This document shows positions 29,426 to 32,000 of a stretch of DNA of 32,000 bases, in pieces. The stretch comes from Mycobacterium tuberculosis H37Rv (GTDB taxonomy: Bacteria; Actinomycetota; Actinomycetes; Mycobacteriales; Mycobacteriaceae): positions 1,170,001-1,202,000 of the forward strand of contig NC_000962.3 in NCBI RefSeq assembly GCF_000195955.2, read 5' to 3'. The position numbers were made by a program, and so were the translations under genes. The notes beneath the pieces are model-generated. The model worked only from the letters and a program-made list of their open reading frames with translations. It was not told the origin of the DNA and searched no databases. How positions within the stretch are numbered: the first letter of the stretch is position 1; each line of letters opens with the position of its first letter.

Positions 29426-30376
29426 CTACCCACCGGTCGGCACGGCCCGGGCCGGCCGGGGCCGCCGCAGCCGCGACATCATGCTGTGTCGCGTGTGGCC
29501 CGGCTCGAGGGTGGCCGTTCCAGGCCGGGACGGCGTTTCATGAATTGGGATATCGAGCTTTTCGGTCAGCGCATCGCGCAGCGCAAGGAACAACAGATCG
29601 GCCGCCAGGGCGTACGCGGGCGCCGACGGGTGGTAGCGGTCGGCGGAGAACATCAGCTCGGGCATTGCCCGGAATTTGGGAGCCAGTAGATGTCCTAGCG
29701 GCACCGGCACCCCACCGGCCGCCTTGACGGCTGCCGTTTGGGCGCGGGCCAGCCGCACACCACGGGTGTGCGCTAGCGCGCGCAGCGGCTGCGGGATGGC
29801 GGTAATGACGCCGAGGTCGGGGCAAGTGCCGACCACCACTACCGCTCCGCGGGTGCGCAACCTGCGTACGCAGTCGGCCAGCCGTTGCGCAGAGGGGCCA
29901 ATGCCGTTGAGTGCCGTTATGTCGTTGGCGCCAATCATGATTACCGCCGCATCCGGCGGCGGACCGACCACGAACATCGCATCGACTTGACCGCAGACGC
30001 CTTTCGAGGTGGCGCCGACGATGGCTTTGGTGCTCAGCCGGATCCGCTTGCCGGTCTGCTCGGCGAGTCCGCGGGCGATCAACACGCCCGGTACTTCCTC
30101 AGCGCTAGCGCAGCCGTATCCCGTCGCCGTCGAGTCACCAAAGATCATCAGGTGCACGTCGAAGGGCACTTCGCGTCGCCACCGTTGCACGGGCCCACCG
30201 CCGCGGGTGTATACGCCGTCGGCGCGGGGCGGTGCGTCGAAGGATTTGGGAATTACCGTGCGCGCGTGGGTCGCCTGACCGACCAGCAGGTTGCGTGCGC
30301 CCAGATAGGCCGTGCCCGTCGAGGCGAGTGCACCCGCGGTGGCCAAAGCGATCGTGGAACGCCGTGGCACGCGCAT
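29426..30376 (-). CDS. SGNH/GDSL-type hydrolase (Rv1075c-like)
   Basis: IFGDSTATGYG block I, MIGANDITALN block III, DRYHPSAPAYA block V; N-terminal signal/anchor-like segment. Exact start uncertain (GTG 30382, ATG 30376, GTG 30370). Confidence 0.88.
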   Translation of the reverse strand: MRVPRRSTIALATAGALASTGTAYLGARNLLVGQATHARTVIPKSFDAPPRADGVYTRGGGPVQRWRREVPFDVHLMIFGDSTATGYGCASAEEVPGVLIARGLAEQTGKRIRLSTKAIVGATSKGVCGQVDAMFVVGPPPDAAVIMIGANDITALNGIGPSAQRLADCVRRLRTRGAVVVVGTCPDLGVITAIPQPLRALAHTRGVRLARAQTAAVKAAGGVPVPLGHLLAPKFRAMPELMFSADRYHPSAPAYALAADLLFLALRDALTEKLDIPIHETPSRPGTATLEPGHTRHSMMSRLRRPRPARAVPTGG

Positions 30377-30592
30377 GCTCACGGGATCAGTTTAGGACGG
30401 TTGTGCCGATTTCGTGGATAGCTGACGAACAAACCCGTCACGGTGTGGACCAAATGTGGTATCGAATCAGACTCTTTGGCTGTGGCACCTAAAAAAGACT
30501 GTCAAGCTAAGTTCGCGGGGTTGGCTGAGCCAGAGGCTCAGCCGCTTCGTCACATGCTGTATCGGACTACAACGGCGTAGGAAGTGTTGGGC

Positions 30593-31660
30593 ATGACTGC
30601 ACCCAGTAAGGTATCCGGCTCACCCAGAGTTGTCATTTCGCCGCGCGACGTGTTGAAGGCACGTAGACTCGAGGCACGCAAGTTTGCGATCAGCGACGGC
30701 GCCCCGGTGGAGGTCGTCGAGTCTGGTCCAAGTCTTGTTGCGCGATTAGCTGCGCTGGCGTCACGAGTGGCGGTCCGGCCGGTGCTAGCGGTCGGTAGCT
30801 ATCTTCCGCATGCGCCCTGGCCGTGGGGTGTCATCGACCAGGCTGCCCGGGTTCTGCTCCCAGCGTCAACGACCGTAAGGGCCGCGGTGAGCCTGCCTAA
30901 TGCGTCCGCCCAACTGGTTCGGGCGTCGGGTGTGTTGCCGGCGGACGGCACTCGACGCGCCGTCCTGTACCTGCACGGCGGCGCGTTTCTGACGTGTGGA
31001 GCAAACTCGCATGGACGACTCGTCGAGTTGCTCTCTAAGTTCGCTGACTCGCCTGTTCTGGTGGTCGACTATCGGTTGATTCCCAAGCACTCGATCGGGA
31101 TGGCGCTCGACGACTGTCACGACGGCTACCGGTGGCTGAGGCTGTTGGGCTATGAGCCGGAGCAGATCGTGCTAGCGGGCGATTCCGCGGGCGGGTATCT
31201 TGCGCTCGCTCTCGCGCAGCGGCTACAGGAAGTGGGGGAGGAGCCGGCGGCTCTAGTCGCGATCTCGCCACTGCTGCAGCTAGCAAAGGAACACAAGCAG
31301 GCGCATCCCAACATCAAAACCGATGCGATGTTCCCGGCAAGGGCGTTCGATGCGCTTGACGCATTGGTTGCTAGCGCAGCAGCGAGGAACCAGGTAGACG
31401 GCGAACCCGAAGAGCTCTATGAGCCCTTGGAGCACATCACACCGGGGCTGCCGCGGACACTGATTCACGTGTCGGGCTCCGAGGTATTGCTGCACGACGC
31501 TCAGTTGGCGGCGGCCAAACTGGCGGCGGCCGGGGTGCCGGCCGAGGTCCGGGTATGGCCGGGCCAGGTCCACGACTTTCAGGTTGCGGCGTCGATGCTG
31601 CCCGAGGCGATCCGCTCGTTGCGTCAGATCGGGGAGTACATCCGCGAGGCCACCGGGTAG
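30593..31660 (+). CDS. lipU: Esterase/lipase LipU (HSL family)
   Basis: YLHGGAFLTCG (HGG oxyanion motif), GDSAGGYLALAL, HVSGSEVLLHD, HDF; ATG at 30593 with GGAAG SD; annotations may use an internal GTG. Confidence 0.9.
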   Translation: MTAPSKVSGSPRVVISPRDVLKARRLEARKFAISDGAPVEVVESGPSLVARLAALASRVAVRPVLAVGSYLPHAPWPWGVIDQAARVLLPASTTVRAAVSLPNASAQLVRASGVLPADGTRRAVLYLHGGAFLTCGANSHGRLVELLSKFADSPVLVVDYRLIPKHSIGMALDDCHDGYRWLRLLGYEPEQIVLAGDSAGGYLALALAQRLQEVGEEPAALVAISPLLQLAKEHKQAHPNIKTDAMFPARAFDALDALVASAAARNQVDGEPEELYEPLEHITPGLPRTLIHVSGSEVLLHDAQLAAAKLAAAGVPAEVRVWPGQVHDFQVAASMLPEAIRSLRQIGEYIREATG

Positions 31661-31716
31661 CGGGATGCCGACGGAGCGCGTGTGCCTGGCCGGCAGGCGC
31701 CTGAGACGATGAACGC

Positions 31717-32000
31717 ATGCGGATCGCGCAACATATCAGTGAACTCATTGGTGGTACCCCACTGGTTCGGCTGAACTCCGTGGTACCCGACGGCGCCGGA
31801 ACCGTGGCCGCAAAGGTCGAGTATCTCAACCCTGGCGGCAGCTCCAAGGATCGGATCGCGGTGAAGATGATCGAAGCCGCCGAGGCCAGCGGTCAGCTGA
31901 AGCCGGGTGGCACCATCGTCGAACCCACGTCCGGCAATACCGGCGTTGGTCTGGCGTTGGTCGCTCAGCGCCGCGGCTACAAGTGCGTGTTCGTCTGCCC
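31717..32000 (+). CDS. cbs: Cystathionine beta-synthase, 5' part (3' truncated by window)
   Basis: [95 protein letters not shown]; PLP-binding SSKDR and TSGNTG motifs; open to the window end. Confidence 0.93.
   Translation, partial: MRIAQHISELIGGTPLVRLNSVVPDGAGTVAAKVEYLNPGGSSKDRIAVKMIEAAEASGQLKPGGTIVEPTSGNTGVGLALVAQRRGYKCVFVC

Overview
The window is a Mycobacterium tuberculosis complex-like segment whose gene order matches my recollection of the H37Rv region from IS1081 (Rv1047) to cbs (Rv1077). I identified it from memory of gene order and protein families; no search was run. It has four parts. (1) 0-7.5 kb is an accessory, heavily eroded island: an IS1081 transposase 3' end abutting the C-terminal remnant of an XRE-like regulator, a solo AbiEi-like gene, the mosR-like MarR regulator with an SDR oxidoreductase (a matching GTGTA-N2-TACAC operator-like site lies before each), a decayed AbiEi/AbiEii (MenAT-like) pair whose toxin-derived ORF runs into an excisionase-like HTH, a nonsense/frameshift-ridden Fic gene ('mobile mystery protein B'-like), a tyrosine integrase remnant with lost catalytic residues, and a 74-nt tRNA-Leu(UAA) without the class II variable arm. 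(2) 7.6-18.4 kb is mostly core-like: DUF427 protein, beta-propeller, fadD14, Rv1059-like, SRPBCC, class II glutamine amidotransferase, two tail-to-tail patatin genes, lpqV, cysteine dioxygenase-like and rhodanese genes. (3) 18.4-22.2 kb holds two PE_PGRS genes sharing a tract of about 386 bp with no mismatch seen. (4) 22.5-32 kb holds a membrane alpha/beta hydrolase, echA8, echA9, a YccA/Bax inhibitor-1-like protein, a DUF559/AbiEi-like gene bracketed by two directly oriented ~61-nt palindromic repeats, fadA3, an SGNH hydrolase, lipU and the 5' part of cbs. I found no intact, clearly novel multi-gene system. The most interesting material is the fossil defence/TA island beside the tRNA, and the hairpin-bracketed DUF559-type gene.
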